Shown here: piece after piece, positions 63,703 to 64,000 of the stretch
How positions within the stretch are numbered: the first letter of the stretch is position 1
How the letters are laid out: each line of letters starts with the position of its first letter
Assembly: GCA_004764695.1 (NCBI GenBank)
Contig: SMSO01000036.1
Span: forward strand, 1,612,001-1,676,000
Direction: 5' to 3'
DNA length: 64,000 bases
From: Schizochytrium sp. TIO01
Lineage: Eukaryota > Protista > Bigyra: Labyrinthulomycetes
The notes under the pieces: generated by a model
What the model was told of the DNA's origin: nothing
The model's database searches: none
What the model saw: only the letters and a program-made list of their open reading frames with translations
Program-made: the position numbers and the translations under genes

Positions 63703-64000
63703 CATCTCTATTTATCTACGCATTTTATGATTTCATGTCCATATTTGGGAATGAAGAACCTTTGAAGAGTCAGTCGTCCTTCGATAGATAGATAGATGGA
63801 TAGATAGATACATCCCGTCAAGATCGTTTCCGCAAAAGCCGACGCACGAAGGGGAAGAGAGGAAGCCAAGTCTGGACCACCTTGGTGGCTGTAGAGCCGT
63901 GAAGGATCTTGAGCGACTGTACCGGACGACCGTTGTGGAATAATACAGACCAACCTGAGTTCTGGACTCGCCGTATGGCACATTCTTCGCGTAATATATG

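Overview
Eukaryotic genomic DNA, shown by GT-AG introns with CTRAC/TACTAAC branch points. The eL24 N-terminus, the CBP architecture and the microsatellite-rich, intron-poor style suggest a stramenopile protist, possibly a thraustochytrid/labyrinthulomycete (inference). Nine genes can be supported: RPL24; a three-exon RING-finger gene that the ORF track splits; a 7.9-kb single-ORF CBP/p300-type acetyltransferase; a TKL kinase; an acidic C19orf44/DUF4614-like protein (frame break); a two-exon Nit1-like nitrilase; PrimPol (frame break); a SAC3/GANP-domain protein; and an unknown protein with a C-terminal PAS domain. Two gene-free zones (about 4.2-15.1 kb and 40.7-64 kb) lie upstream of the two probable transcription regulators. 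The strongest unexplained signal is strand-specific ATG purging. There is no sense-strand ATG for about 3.65 kb upstream of and into the CBP ORF (about 30 CAT in the same span), and none for 940 nt upstream of the PAS gene. In the CBP case this comes with a 236-codon ATG-less in-frame extension and a uORF whose stop overlaps the first in-frame ATG (ATGA). Together these suggest very long scanned leaders with non-AUG or uORF-controlled initiation. Two +1 frame breaks may be recoding sites, an intron or assembly errors. No prokaryotic, CRISPR, tRNA/rRNA or intact mobile-element features were seen. All counts and alignments were made by eye.
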